Source of the DNA: a virus
Lineage: Duplodnaviria; Caudoviricetes
Strand: one strand, 5' to 3'
DNA length: 54,714 nt
IMG/VR virus record: IMGVR_UViG_3300042549_005982
Location: 1-54,714 of that record
The notes beneath the pieces are model-generated. The model saw only the letters and a program-made list of their open reading frames with translations, did no database searches and was not told the origin of the DNA. Both the position numbers and the translations under genes were made by a program. This document shows positions 1-7,638 of this stretch, one piece after another. Within the stretch, counting starts at the first letter, position 1. Each line of letters starts with the position of its first letter.

Positions 1-198
1 GATAGGCTGGAGCCCAATCGAGGAACGACTCTTGAAGGATGGACTGGTCGGCTGGAGTTATGAGGGGTGCCGTTCGTGCCGATTTCGGCGGGGCGTCCGC
101 CGATGCGCCGGTATGGGGGGTTTTTTGGCCGGTGGTTGCGTCTAAAAGGTCGTCTAGGGGGTTACTACCTTCCACCCCTTCAAGGGCGTCATTGGCCG
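1..198. repeat. Terminal direct repeat, left copy (assembly circularisation overlap)
   Basis: 1-198 matches 54517-54714 with 4 mismatches (positions 17, 26, 62, 71); the last 127 nt are identical. Confidence 0.95.
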
Positions 199-760
199 CC
201 GCTGTGGCGCTATGCAAAAGGTTGCTAACCGCGTCCGCCGCGACCCGTTCATCCTCTCTGGATATGAAGTTGTAGGCGCGGGTCGCAGACTCCATCATTC
301 GCACGTTATCGCGATGGAGTTCCTTGGCGACACGGCAGCATCGCTGCACCCACGCGGGGCTATAACCCAGATTGTCCGCGGTCTTCGTGTAGTTCCAGCT
401 ATCGCCGTGTTGCTGGCCCAGCACTTCATGGATCGAAGCCATCGCGAGACATTGATCCTGCCAGCCCAAATCTTTACGCCTCAAATTTTCTTCGAGTTCG
501 ACGACACGCTGTTCGATGGGCGAGAGGTCCGAAAGTAATCGGGCCGGGATGGTTTCGAGGTCTAACTGGCGAGATGCTGTGAAGCGCCGTTCGCCTGCGA
601 TCAATTTGTAAGGTTGGTTTGCGGGGCCAGTTTCGGCCACCAAAATGATCGGCACCAGCACTCCATTCCTCGGAATGCTTTCCAAAAGGTCGTCGATGAT
701 AATTTCTTTTCGCTGGCGTGACCCACGGTCAATCCAGATGTCTTTAAGGGAAATGTCCAT
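1..760 (-). CDS. ParB/Srx-like N-terminal domain + HTH-like segment; 5' part of a ParB-DNA methyltransferase fusion that continues at 54516-53843
   Basis: Manual translation from ATG 760: MDISLKDIWIDRGSRQRKEIIIDDLLESIPRNGVLVPIILV...YKLIAGERRFTA...ELEENLRRKDL (ParB GERR and EN motifs). The frame is open to the window edge and in frame with ORF 53843..54691. Missed by the ORF track. Confidence 0.85.
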   Translation of the reverse strand, partial: MDISLKDIWIDRGSRQRKEIIIDDLLESIPRNGVLVPIILVAETGPANQPYKLIAGERRFTASRQLDLETIPARLLSDLSPIEQRVVELEENLRRKDLGWQDQCLAMASIHEVLGQQHGDSWNYTKTADNLGYSPAWVQRCCRVAKELHRDNVRMMESATRAYNFISREDERVAADAVSNLLHSATAAANDALEGVEGSNPLDDLLDATTGQKTPHTGASADAPPKSARTAPLITPADQSILQESFLDWAPAY

Positions 761-816
761 GGTTCATCCTGCAAGGTGGTGGGAGGGCGCAAGGCCCTCC
801 CAGTTGTTGGATGCGA

Positions 817-1251
817 TTACTCGCCCTTCACGCTCTTGATGTTGTTACGCGGCGGATCATCCGGGCGTTCCGGGTTGAAACGCTGCGTGATGTAAGCAAG
901 AACGCTCTGGCCGACAGCCTCCGGGATCAGTTCGTCAAACGTCGAACCAGTCGTCTTGAGGCCAAGGGACTCCAGAAAGTCTTTCAAGCGGAAACGCGCA
1001 TCCGGCGTGAGGTAGAAGTCCGTGGACATCTTGCGAGTCGAAAGGTCGATCTCCGCCAAGTCCTTCGGGTCCACATCATCGCTCGCGGAGTGGAACTTCA
1101 AGCCAAAACGCACGTAAGGCGTCTTGTTCTTGTTGTTATCTCCGTATTCGAACGAAGCGATTGTGCCGTGATAAGTGCCTTCCGGCAGCGCCATCGGCGC
1201 TTTCACATCATCGAGATTTACAGCGAGGAGGTCTTTGAAATTAACAGCCAT
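817..1251 (-). CDS. Single-stranded DNA-binding protein (DUF669-like)
   Basis: LPEGTYHGTI...FYLT...RLKDFLESLG pattern; lies next to a Sak4-like ATPase. Confidence 0.65.
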   Translation of the reverse strand: MAVNFKDLLAVNLDDVKAPMALPEGTYHGTIASFEYGDNNKNKTPYVRFGLKFHSASDDVDPKDLAEIDLSTRKMSTDFYLTPDARFRLKDFLESLGLKTTGSTFDELIPEAVGQSVLAYITQRFNPERPDDPPRNNIKSVKGE

Positions 1252-1306
1252 TTTTTACTCCATAGTGAATAGACCCCGTGAAGGGCCAGTATTAGGACCT
1301 TTGGTC

Positions 1307-2110
1307 CTAATTTCGGACCGCTGCGAAATAGTCTGCTAGACCAGACTCGAGCGGATAAGACGCTTGAACTTTTGAAGGTGCTGTGTTTTTGCACTCAATC
1401 GTTCCTTGAGACGTGGTGAAGATCTGGCGTTTGAGATTTTGCCCGCGACCAGAAGACTGCGCAAGCAAGACCGTGTTGAAGTAACGGCCCACTTTCGGAG
1501 GGAGAGCTTTTCCCAAAGTGTTAGGATAGTAACGCTCCGGGCCACTTTCGTCTCCCATCGGTTTGATGTGGCAGTTGATTATCACGTTGCATTTTACGGA
1601 CTCGTCATACAACATGCGCAACAGGTTCTCGACGAGGACCTGAGCCAAGCCCCAGTCGCTTTGATGAGGATGCTGGCCGAGGCGACCGTTCATTGCCAAA
1701 ATGTAAGACAAAGCTGCGTCGGAAAGCATGGTGAGTGAGTCGATGACGAGAACTGTCTTGCTGTCCCATGTGGTGATCGCACCGAGGCTCGTGTCGCCGT
1801 CTTTCCAATCGCCCAACATGCTTGTCGTGCGCTGCCAAACGCTGGCCTTCGCGGGGATCAACTTGCCGCCCACGTTTTTCATTGGCTCCGTGATGGTCAC
1901 GTAATCCACGTTTGCGATGCTGTCTTTCGCGTAGCGGCCTGATGTCAAAAGGTCGCGCAGCACATCCACGCCGTTGTCGAGATCGAGGATGCGAATTTTG
2001 TAGTTCGCCGCCGCAAGGCTCGCAAGTGCGCCGGTCTTGCCTGATCCCGAGTCGCCCACGAACAACAGCTTTGTCGTGTCTGCGGAGTGATGGTCTTTAA
2101 GGGATGGCAT
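1307..2110 (-). CDS. Sak4-like / AAA_24 RecA-fold ATPase (single-strand annealing recombinase)
   Basis: Walker A GDSGSGKT, Walker B LVIDSLT; lies between SSB and exonuclease. Confidence 0.8.
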   Translation of the reverse strand: MPSLKDHHSADTTKLLFVGDSGSGKTGALASLAAANYKIRILDLDNGVDVLRDLLTSGRYAKDSIANVDYVTITEPMKNVGGKLIPAKASVWQRTTSMLGDWKDGDTSLGAITTWDSKTVLVIDSLTMLSDAALSYILAMNGRLGQHPHQSDWGLAQVLVENLLRMLYDESVKCNVIINCHIKPMGDESGPERYYPNTLGKALPPKVGRYFNTVLLAQSSGRGQNLKRQIFTTSQGTIECKNTAPSKVQASYPLESGLADYFAAVRN

Positions 2111-2262
2111 TATTGCATCTCCGCTTTAATAAGAAGCAAAAGGATAAGTTCAGCAGTTGCTTTGTTTTCGCACTCAGCAATTTTGCGATAAACGCCATCT
2201 CGATCTGCTTTGATGATGCAGAAAGTTGTGCCTTCTTCTATGTAAATTGCGTAAGAGGTCAT
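2110..2262 (-). CDS. Hypothetical protein, 50 aa (MTSYAIYIEEG...)
   Basis: Manual translation; TAATG/ATGA overlaps with both neighbours. Confidence 0.6.
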   Translation of the reverse strand: MTSYAIYIEEGTTFCIIKADRDGVYRKIAECENKATAELILLLLIKAEMQ

Positions 2263-2408
2263 GTCATGCTCCGTTGTAGTGCGACTGATATTTGTTTTGC
2301 CAAAAGTTCGTGCGGCGTTGTGGCGACTGCGATCCAGGTTTGTGATTTACGGTCGAAGACGATGATGATGTAACCGTCGTCTGAGTGGCGTACGATGTGG
2401 ACGCTCAT
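2259..2408 (-). CDS. Hypothetical protein, 49 aa (MSVHIVRHSDDG...)
   Basis: Manual translation; ATGA overlaps at both ends. Confidence 0.6.
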   Translation of the reverse strand: MSVHIVRHSDDGYIIIVFDRKSQTWIAVATTPHELLAKQISVALQRSMT

Positions 2409-3349
2409 ATGTCACCACGAACCTTCAAGGGGTCCCAAATTCTGCGCGTGAAATCAGCGCGAAGCCACTCGTGACGCACGGATGGGGGAAGGCCGCAGAT
2501 TTTGCGGAACGGGCAACCGCCATACATGCCGCAGGCTTTGTCGTTCATCGGCCAATAGTTTTGTGCAGCGTAAAGTTCTGCGGTCGCGATGTATTGGCCG
2601 AGGTCGAAATACCATTCTTCTAACCCAGACTCCGTGCGTGGAACGACGCCACGCAAGAAACGTGTGAAGGTCTGCGCGATCTGCGCACCGTCCACGATGA
2701 TGCCTTCGATCTGCACGTTGTAAACGATCTTGCCAGCGATGGCGTAAAGCGACATCTGGTTGTCGGGTGTGAACTTGTCGAAGAACGACTGGTTGATTGT
2801 GGACTTTGTGGTTTTGCGGTCAAGCACGAAGGCTTTGCCATTAAGCGTGGCGAGACGATCAAGATGCCCGCAGAGCAAAATACTTTCGCCTTGGCGTGAC
2901 GTGTAGCCGCTGTCGAAGCGGAACGAAAGTTCGACCGCAGGCTTGCCATTCGCGAGGCGCACAGTTTCAATCGGATCGTCTTTGAACTGATCGAGATACC
3001 AAACGATGCTGCGCAGAAGCGTCAGGCGGTTTTTGTTCGGGTCGTCTGAAATCCACGGACGATTTTTTTGCTCGTCCCAAGTGATTGTCAACACATATCT
3101 AACCACTTCACGCAGCGCTTCGTCATAACCCATGCCGCCGAAGCGCAGATGATCGTATTGTTCAAGCGCGGAGTGAAAGTGAAGGCCGAAAGTTAGGTGG
3201 ACGGAGATTTCTCTCGGCTGCCATCCCTCAAGAATGGAAAGCTGGTAATAGCGTGGGCACGTTTTGAAAGCGCCAATCGAGGTGCTGTCCCACGCAAATT
3301 GAAAGCGCGGAGTGATTAGCGAAAGTGAGTTGTTTACGACTTCTGACAT
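2405..3349 (-). CDS. PD-(D/E)XK exonuclease, Cas4/AddB-like with Fe-S cysteines
   Basis: N-terminal TCPRYY, catalytic GHLDRL...LDRKTT, C-terminal CGMYGGCPFRKIC; start taken at MSEVV. Confidence 0.85.
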   Translation of the reverse strand: MSEVVNNSLSLITPRFQFAWDSTSIGAFKTCPRYYQLSILEGWQPREISVHLTFGLHFHSALEQYDHLRFGGMGYDEALREVVRYVLTITWDEQKNRPWISDDPNKNRLTLLRSIVWYLDQFKDDPIETVRLANGKPAVELSFRFDSGYTSRQGESILLCGHLDRLATLNGKAFVLDRKTTKSTINQSFFDKFTPDNQMSLYAIAGKIVYNVQIEGIIVDGAQIAQTFTRFLRGVVPRTESGLEEWYFDLGQYIATAELYAAQNYWPMNDKACGMYGGCPFRKICGLPPSVRHEWLRADFTRRIWDPLKVRGDI

Positions 3350-3365
3350 GGGGCGTCCCTGTCTG

Positions 3366-3569
3366 TTAGGATTTGCGAGTGTCTGCACCGATCTGAACCA
3401 TGCGATAACCGTTCATCAGCATCGCTTGAATGTTGTCGTGATGTCCTCTCAAAAACATGGTGTGTGCGATGAGACGCTCGATCTTTTCACTTGCCTCATC
3501 CCCGAGCCATGTTGATGCCTGCTGCCGAATGTCCTGCACGAGTTGCTCAAGTTCTTCTTTGGTCAGCAT
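3366..3569 (-). CDS. Hypothetical protein
   Basis: ORF in operon orientation. Confidence 0.6.
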   Translation of the reverse strand: MLTKEELEQLVQDIRQQASTWLGDEASEKIERLIAHTMFLRGHHDNIQAMLMNGYRMVQIGADTRKS

Positions 3570-3577
3570 GGGGCACC

Positions 3578-3874
3578 TTAAAAGTTTAAGTCGATGTCTT
3601 TTAGAAGTTCGTCTGCGGAAAGGATCGGGCCTTTCTGGCGAGGCGCTTTTTTGGGCTTTGGTGCTGCTTCCTGTGCGGCAAACTTTTCCCGTTGCGCTCT
3701 CAAATAGTCGATGATCCTATCCGCCTCTGCGTCCGTGATCTGCGGGGCGCGGTTCATCAATTCTTCGAGGCTTGCAGGGGACGCCTCTTCTAAAATCTTT
3801 TCCCCGATATGCTCGGCATTAGCCGTCGTCGATGAGGGCTGTGATGCTGGGGTCGAAGGCGACTGACTTTGCAT
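3578..3874 (-). CDS. Hypothetical protein with acidic C-tail (ELLKDIDLNF)
   Basis: ORF in operon orientation. Confidence 0.65.
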   Translation of the reverse strand: MQSQSPSTPASQPSSTTANAEHIGEKILEEASPASLEELMNRAPQITDAEADRIIDYLRAQREKFAAQEAAPKPKKAPRQKGPILSADELLKDIDLNF

Positions 3875-4046
3875 GGGCTTTCCTCTTTATTTGCTGCAGA
3901 TACGCATGGATGATGAGTCGAAGAGCCTTGGACCTGCCGACCGTCCGAATGCCTTCGCGGCAAAAAAGCTGGTCGATTTCTTCCAGGTCCTTGGTGAAAA
4001 TGTGGAAGTGGATTTTTGTCGTGTCCTCAGAAAGCCGCGCGGCCAT
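3819..4046 (-). CDS. Hypothetical protein, possible ribbon-helix-helix DNA binder
   Basis: Short beta strand (KIHFHIF) followed by two helices (RSKALRLIIHAYL). Confidence 0.5.
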   Translation of the reverse strand: MAARLSEDTTKIHFHIFTKDLEEIDQLFCREGIRTVGRSKALRLIIHAYLQQIKRKAHAKSVAFDPSITALIDDG

Positions 4047-4047
4047 T

Positions 4048-4344
4048 TTAGTCGTCTCCTAACAAGTCGGCTAAGTTGTAAAGGGGGCCGTCTCCCTGTG
4101 GGTTTTGTTTAAGGGCTTCGCCCTGCGGGGGCGTGGACTGCACTTGCGGTTTGTCGGTTTTGACTATCCAAATATGTGTCGGAGAAGTGGGGGATCGGGA
4201 GATTTGAAGAATGTCGAGGTCAGGGTCTTTTCGTTTTGCTGCGTAAAGGCGCTGAAGTGACATCTGGTAATTGCCCAGAAGTTCGACTTCAATTCCGTAG
4301 TCGGAATGATAAGCCTCGTAGAGCAATTCCATTTCTTTCGACAT
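4048..4344 (-). CDS. Hypothetical protein (ends NLADLLGDD)
   Basis: ORF with AAGGT RBS. Confidence 0.65.
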   Translation of the reverse strand: MSKEMELLYEAYHSDYGIEVELLGNYQMSLQRLYAAKRKDPDLDILQISRSPTSPTHIWIVKTDKPQVQSTPPQGEALKQNPQGDGPLYNLADLLGDD

Positions 4345-4364
4345 TGCACCTTTTACCTTTTGGC

Positions 4365-4393
4365 AAAAAGAAAGCGGGGGCAGACCCCCCGCT
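4365..4393 (-). terminator. Rho-independent terminator
   Basis: Minus strand AGCGGGGG-GTCTG-CCCCCGCT followed by TTCTTTTT. Confidence 0.75.
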
Positions 4394-4470
4394 CGCCAGT
4401 AGTTTCAGAGGTCCATCGTCTGGCTGACGGACAAGCGGGGAAGGGAGGAAACGAAAACCCCGCTATTCAT
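4365..4470 (-). ncRNA. Candidate three-hairpin sRNA with anti-SD (UUUCCUCCCUU) loop
   Basis: Stems 4434-4440/4458-4464, 4395-4399/4420-4424 and the terminator hairpin. Confidence 0.35.
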
Positions 4471-4484
4471 GCAACGCGCAGGTA

Positions 4485-4958
4485 TTAGAAAAGGTCCGAA
4501 AGCAGGTCGCCAGCAATCTGGCGGGAAGAATTGACACGACGCTCGGCTTCCTCGCGGATTTCCGGCTTGTGCTGGAGAACCTTCGCGACGTATTCGGAAA
4601 TCTGCTCGGCGGAATAGTCCGAAGGATTGCCGCCCTTTTTGCGGATAGCCGCGAGAACCTGCTCCTTGGCGATCTTGTTCGCCTCTTTGGCGACCGGATC
4701 AGCGGCGGCTTTCGGGGCGCGGACAGTGAACGAATAGGCGTCAGCATACGCCTGAAACTCTTTCGACAGGGCCGTGGCGTCAATCTCACCAGCTTCCGCG
4801 AGCTTCTTAATCTTGGCGATCAGCGAGGTCCGCACGTTGTCCGCGAGGACATGGTTCAGCTTGTCCGCTTCGAGCGCGGTCAGCACATGGCCTTCAGCGT
4901 AGGGCTGCGCGACGGAGACGTTGACGCCATGCGGCAGCTTGAGAGCACGATTTGACAT
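4485..4958 (-). CDS. Hypothetical helical protein (ends GDLLSDLF), probable distant paralog of 16756..17310
   Basis: Strong RBS, own promoter-like motif and terminator. Confidence 0.8.
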   Translation of the reverse strand: MSNRALKLPHGVNVSVAQPYAEGHVLTALEADKLNHVLADNVRTSLIAKIKKLAEAGEIDATALSKEFQAYADAYSFTVRAPKAAADPVAKEANKIAKEQVLAAIRKKGGNPSDYSAEQISEYVAKVLQHKPEIREEAERRVNSSRQIAGDLLSDLF

Positions 4959-5004
4959 TTACTGGTTCCTTAAATTTTAGGATTGTGGGGGATGCCCCTT
5001 TGAC

Positions 5005-5038
5005 GGTTTAAGGTGCCATAAGGTTTGACCCATTGCAA
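5005..5038 (-). promoter_or_regulatory. Putative promoter TTGCAA-N17-CACCTTAAACC
   Basis: Same ACCTTAAACC element and similar -35 spacing as 17402-17434. Confidence 0.45.
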
Positions 5039-5109
5039 CTAAAAAGTCATGCACTGGGCAAAAAACTTAGGGCCATTTCATACCGTCTAGCAAAGGGGCC
5101 TAATCCCCG

Positions 5110-5652
5110 TCACCACCCGTGCCAGCCGCACAGCGCAATCAGCCTTCCGGGCTTTTTAACTTTCCATTTCGGGGCGGCCTTCTGGGCCTCAGTTAAAACA
5201 TTGGGCTTGGGTGCAGGACGCTTCGGCTCCGCCTGTCGGCCCATTTCCTGACGAGCGAGTGCGGCCTTTGCAGCGGACGCTCTTGTTGCCTTAACTTGTG
5301 CTTCGCGTTTTTGCCGCAGTCGATTGGCTTTTTGTTCTTCGGTGAGCACAGGTTTGTTTTTGGCGCGTCTCGCCCGCGCAAGTTCAAGTGTGCGTTCGCG
5401 AAATTCTGGATCATTTGTGTAGCGTTCCTTTGTGCGAGCTGCGCGTTGTTCTTTGTGTTCGCGGTTCCAACGTCGATTGATTTCTTTTCGTCGCTCGGCG
5501 CTTGCCGCTTTCTTTTCTTCGCGAAGGCGCTCAAGTTCCGCGAGGGTTTCTGGCGGAAGGTCGAGTCCTTTTTTGCGTAAGCGGTAACGAGCGGAATGTA
5601 ATCGCGCTTTCTCGCGGTTTTCCTCTCGCCACGATTTTTTATCGAAGGCCAT
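5110..5652 (-). CDS. Arg/Lys-rich hypothetical protein
   Basis: Start MAFDKK after GGAG; WREENREK-type charged helices. Confidence 0.65.
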   Translation of the reverse strand: MAFDKKSWREENREKARLHSARYRLRKKGLDLPPETLAELERLREEKKAASAERRKEINRRWNREHKEQRAARTKERYTNDPEFRERTLELARARRAKNKPVLTEEQKANRLRQKREAQVKATRASAAKAALARQEMGRQAEPKRPAPKPNVLTEAQKAAPKWKVKKPGRLIALCGWHGW

Positions 5653-5833
5653 GGAATAACTCCTTTGGAACGCAGGCGAAACCGATCTTATAACCAAGTC
5701 CGCCTTGCTCCGACACAACTTTTCCTGCGTTGTCACACGCTTCTTTTGATACAAATTCATGAGTGGTCGTGGCAACATTCGCACCGACGAACCAGATTAT
5801 CAAAACCCATGCAGGCATGTCATTCATCTCCAT
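5639..5833 (-). CDS. Small hypothetical protein with N-terminal hydrophobic segment
   Basis: AWVLIIWFVG; F.S.EAC..A...CVP pattern. Confidence 0.55.
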   Translation of the reverse strand: MEMNDMPAWVLIIWFVGANVATTTHEFVSKEACDNAGKVVSEQGGLGYKIGFACVPKELFHGLR

Positions 5834-6233
5834 CAGGTTCGAGTGATGCGTCGTGGGAAAGGGCTTGATAGGCTCGTTTCACGCGAACGCGGTTGAGGAT
5901 GTTCGCGACGCTGCCCGGTTCGACGCCGACAGCTTCTGCAACTTGCTTTCGAGTCTTGCCGTCGTTCACAAGTTTTTCCACGAGCAATTCGCGATCAGTA
6001 ATAGGTAAAGCCTGGACTTCTTTCACCCAATGCGCGCTGTGTGATGGGTTCTCGATGTGCGGGACTGCTTCAGGAGATTTGTATTTATGGTAGAAATCTG
6101 TTCCTTCACCCTCGAGCCATTTCAAGCGTGGGATGGAAAGAAGCATGTGGCGCTGTGTGCTTCCCGCAGCGACACCTTCCGATTTGAGCCCCGTGACGAC
6201 CGGGACATATCTGCTAACCTTCTCGATCTTCAT
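5820..6233 (-). CDS. HTH DNA-binding protein (LuxR/sigma region 4-like C-terminus)
   Basis: ITDRELLVEKLVNDGKTRKQVAEAVGVEPGSVANILNR. Confidence 0.65.
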   Translation of the reverse strand: MKIEKVSRYVPVVTGLKSEGVAAGSTQRHMLLSIPRLKWLEGEGTDFYHKYKSPEAVPHIENPSHSAHWVKEVQALPITDRELLVEKLVNDGKTRKQVAEAVGVEPGSVANILNRVRVKRAYQALSHDASLEPDGDE

Positions 6234-6447
6234 CTTTCAAGGCTTTCGTTGCGTAAAGGACTGGAAGGGGTTCGATGAGAATAAGGTTGGGTTGGAGAGG
6301 AAGTTTGTCACCTTCCCAATAGGTGGATAAATCTGCGAAAGGTTTGAGTGCGGATTTAAGTTCCGCGATGCAGACGTCGCGCTTTGCTATGGTCGCGTTC
6401 GCTAATTTTTGAAGTTCCATGATAATTTCGGTTTGGTCGTCACTCAT
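6214..6447 (-). CDS. Hypothetical mosaic micro-protein (IAELKSALKPFAD)
   Basis: ATGA-coupled to upstream gene. Confidence 0.6.
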   Translation of the reverse strand: MSDDQTEIIMELQKLANATIAKRDVCIAELKSALKPFADLSTYWEGDKLPLQPNLILIEPLPVLYATKALKDEDREG

Positions 6448-6635
6448 TCCTTATCTCCCCTATAAGCGGCGCGGGCAGAACCCATCCACGGTTTAGAAAT
6501 TGCCTTTTTCAGTTCTTCGTTCTCGGCTTCAAGTTCCGCGATGCGGGCGCGTAGCGCCAGCGTTTCATCAGCGCGGATTTCATGAACCGCTTGGTGTTCG
6601 GCCATCAAAGGCGGCCCGTTCCCAACCCCACTCAT
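6444..6635 (-). CDS. Hypothetical mosaic micro-protein (RARIAELEA...RAAYRGDKE)
   Basis: ATGA-coupled start MSGVG. Confidence 0.6.
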   Translation of the reverse strand: MSGVGNGPPLMAEHQAVHEIRADETLALRARIAELEAENEELKKAISKPWMGSARAAYRGDKE

Positions 6636-6835
6636 TCTTTCTCCCCCAGATAAGCGGCGCTCCACTGATTCAAACAATCCATCAAATGCTCTAGGTCAAT
6701 ATTAGTGTGCTCATTCCCGCTGCAATTATAAGCGCGGATTACAATTCTGCCTTTATAAAGCCAAACCTCTACAGGTCCGCCTTCGCCAAGTTCATTGACG
6801 GAATATAATTGAGAAATCTTTGTGTCAGTTGTCAT
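6632..6835 (-). CDS. Hypothetical micro-protein (ends AAYLGEKE)
   Basis: ATGA-coupled. Confidence 0.6.
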   Translation of the reverse strand: MTTDTKISQLYSVNELGEGGPVEVWLYKGRIVIRAYNCSGNEHTNIDLEHLMDCLNQWSAAYLGEKE

Positions 6836-7059
6836 AGTTTATTCTCTCCCAGATAAGCGGCGCGGGCGGCGCGGAGGTCGTCTATATTAATCTGCCACCG
6901 CCATGTTTCTTTCTCATCCCATGCGTCAGAAAATGGCTTTAGCGCCTCCATCAATTTCTCAATCACGTCGGCTGCGTCGCAAAATTCGTCGCGCTTACTG
7001 ATGATTGCGAAAGCCCGTAGCTTCTCACACAAGTCGGCATACCGATTATAGTCCATCAT
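6832..7059 (-). CDS. Hypothetical micro-protein (ALKPFSD...DLRAARAAYLGENKL)
   Basis: ORF with shared motifs. Confidence 0.6.
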   Translation of the reverse strand: MMDYNRYADLCEKLRAFAIISKRDEFCDAADVIEKLMEALKPFSDAWDEKETWRWQINIDDLRAARAAYLGENKL

Positions 7060-7122
7060 GACGTATCCATACTGCGATTGTAATACCTAACAAGCAAAGC
7101 CACATAGCGACGAGATTATGGG

Positions 7123-7398
7123 TTACGTCTCTGATAGCCTCAACAATGAGCCTAGCCCTTCGTCGTGCGCTTCGATGTAGTTGATGCGCGCTTCAAGTTC
7201 CGCGATGCGGGCGCGGGCTGTCTTGTATTCGCTGTGCATCATGTCAGCTTCTTTACGCAAGTCAGCGATACGCTTCTCTTGGCTACGGATAAGGCTCATC
7301 GCCTGATGACACGCGCCAGCCTCGCCCGTGTAGCCTTTGGCGTTGAGCCAATCTTCGACGTTCACAAGGTCGGGGTAGGTGTTGGTGTGGTCAGTCAT
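7123..7398 (-). CDS. Hypothetical coiled-coil protein
   Basis: Start MTDHT coupled to upstream stop. Confidence 0.6.
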   Translation of the reverse strand: MTDHTNTYPDLVNVEDWLNAKGYTGEAGACHQAMSLIRSQEKRIADLRKEADMMHSEYKTARARIAELEARINYIEAHDEGLGSLLRLSET

Positions 7399-7637
7399 TC
7401 TTCGCCTACAAGGTTGGAGGAAGAGCCTGCGTAAGAGCCTTCGGAGTTGTAGTAAGTTGTGTATCCGCCGAGAGAGTTGGCGCTCCCAGCATACTGCCCT
7501 TGTGGCCCGTAAAATGTCGAGTAGCCTGCGATGGTGTTGGCCGATCCGGCTAACTGGCCTTGAGGGCCGTAGAAAGTCGTGTAGCCGTCGCACAGGCCAA
7601 TGCACAAACACAGGATCGAGATTGCATTGCGCGTCAT
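7395..7637 (-). CDS. Putative exported small protein with three ~20-aa repeats (GYTTFYGPQGQxAGSAN)
   Basis: Hydrophobic/Cys N-terminus followed by tandem repeats. Confidence 0.6.
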   Translation of the reverse strand: MTRNAISILCLCIGLCDGYTTFYGPQGQLAGSANTIAGYSTFYGPQGQYAGSANSLGGYTTYYNSEGSYAGSSSNLVGEE

Positions 7638-7638
7638 G

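Larger units (their letters stand above)
6442..6870 (-). repeat. Three copies of a ~30-nt gene-end/RBS connector (GCGCCGCTTAT..GGG.GA...ATGA) at ~6442-6474, 6631-6660 and 6832-6866
   Basis: Direct comparison; encodes AAY(L/R)G(D/E) at three consecutive C-termini. Confidence 0.8.
6526..7215. repeat. 26-bp exact direct repeat GCTTCAAGTTCCGCGATGCGGGCGCG at 6526-6551 and 7190-7215; partial copy at 6358-6371
   Basis: Direct comparison; encodes RARIAELEA. Confidence 0.85.

Noticed and set aside
781-801. Hairpins at 781-801, 1291-1311 and 11328-11344 as terminators
   Set aside because: Good stems but no U tract on the transcribed strand; may be processing or stability hairpins, so left uncalled
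2405-3349. Cas4-like nuclease as evidence of a CRISPR-Cas system
   Set aside because: No cas1/cas2 or repeat-spacer array; the Sak4 + SSB context indicates a phage recombination exonuclease
6442-6870. Connector repeats, or the ACCATTT run at 16593-16666, as a CRISPR array
   Set aside because: Connectors are degenerate, ~190-200 nt apart and inside coding sequence; the heptamers are too short and have no spacers
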